DNA of 64,000 nucleotides, taken from positions 71,612,001-71,676,000 of the forward strand of contig NC_086097.1 in assembly GCF_963921235.1 (NCBI RefSeq). Direction: 5' to 3'. Under the pieces are notes generated by a model. That model made no database searches. It worked only from the letters and a program-made list of their open reading frames with translations, and was not told the DNA's origin. A program made the position numbers and the translations under genes. This document shows, one piece after another, positions 63,123 through 64,000 of the stretch. Numbering within the stretch: the first letter of the stretch is position 1; each line of letters starts with the position of its first letter. The stretch is from Mobula hypostoma (taxonomy: Eukaryota).

Positions 63123-63675
63123 TAATGTTCCCTCTAATTTGTAATGGACAGTGTGTGAAAAGATCTTGTGCTGTGCAACTTTTTATCCAATGACAACAAT
63201 ATATGCGCACTGAATTTTTAAGTGGAAGTAAACTTGAAGCTATTCTAAGGATAATAAACTACCAAGTCCAGTTCGTTGTTCATTGTTTAAAAGAAATAAA
63301 ATAAGAACTTCCATCTCCTCTGGGCTTGATTGTTTTTGCTCTTGCACACATATACACTCATATGCACTCCCACAAACATACGTAGCAGGCCTGTAGAGGG
63401 TAATGAAGAATTTTCTACCCAGTGCATATGTGATTTGCTTGTTAAATTATGCTTTAAAAAGTCAAGTTTTCACTATCACTCCATTGCTTCCCACTTGCAA
63501 ATTCTCCAGCAACCTCTGCATTGCGACAATACACACAGGTAACACCAGTTTCTGTATTGTACATAAATATTTGTCAAAGCTGTGCGTTCCTGACCTCATG
63601 AGTTTTCTGTGTAGCTGTTTCTACTTTTTTGTTAGGCCATTCTGCTTTAAATGAACGAGAAGTTCTTTGGCGCCT
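63123..63675 (-). mobile_element. Second related hAT derivative, only one TIR visible
   Basis: taatgttccctctaa plus a subterminal region similar to 61749-61850; minus-strand GVTCVYCR..EFASGKQW...KHNLTSKSH zinc-finger-like remnant. Confidence 0.75.
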
Positions 63676-63699
63676 CACGCCCTTTGCTTCTTTGGAATT

Positions 63700-63910
63700 T
63701 GACTTTGTGGTCCAGTGGTTGGCACTGTTGGCAGCCAGTGATTAGTAGTGTTTCTCAATGGCTGGTGTTGGGGACATTTCTTTTCATTGAATATGTCAAT
63801 GATATGGATGACTAAATTGATGGCTTTGTGGCCAAATTTACGGACAATACAAAGGTAGTTGGAGGAGTAAGTAGTATTGATGAAGCAGGGAGTCTGGAGA
63901 AGATTTATTG
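63700..63910 (+). mobile_element. CR1 RT remnant
   Basis: Degenerate VISSVSQ.LVLG ... IDGFVAKFTDNTKVVGGV. Confidence 0.7.
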
Positions 63911-64000
63911 ATACTGATGACCCTGAGTCCAAACATCTCATATTGCTGGCAACTAATAAACTCCTTATATTTCTATCCATGGATGACTAGTACTGTCAAT

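Noticed and set aside
1..64000. Prokaryotic systems (CRISPR arrays, retrons, DGRs, operons) suggested by the many RT ORFs
   Set aside because: All RT fragments are eukaryotic CR1, Rex1, RTE, Gypsy or Penelope types; there are no regularly spaced repeats or operon structure.

Overview
This is vertebrate genomic DNA, not prokaryotic. The repeat families look like those of cartilaginous fish, probably a ray (inference). No host protein-coding exon could be recognised. The window is a dense, nested collection of transposable elements: a decayed Tf1/sushi-type Gypsy LTR retrotransposon with its 5' LTR plus a related solo LTR; many CR1 LINEs, one with an uninterrupted ~2.7 kb endonuclease/RT frame at 8216-10877; Rex1/Babar-type LINEs; RTE LINEs; Penelope-like element fragments; tRNA-derived SINEs; two hAT deletion derivatives; and a Tc1 derivative. 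The most interesting signals are RNA structures. There is a well-formed HDV-like ribozyme core in an RTE-related 5' UTR (23983-24044). There are five minimal hammerhead ribozyme motifs in Penelope termini, one of them starting a 131-bp TSD-flanked insertion. The Gypsy element has a tRNA-independent self-priming layout, and an orphan G-U-containing hairpin sits at 39685-39738. Family names come from protein motifs and remembered consensus features, not from database searches. Boundaries without a stated TSD are approximate.
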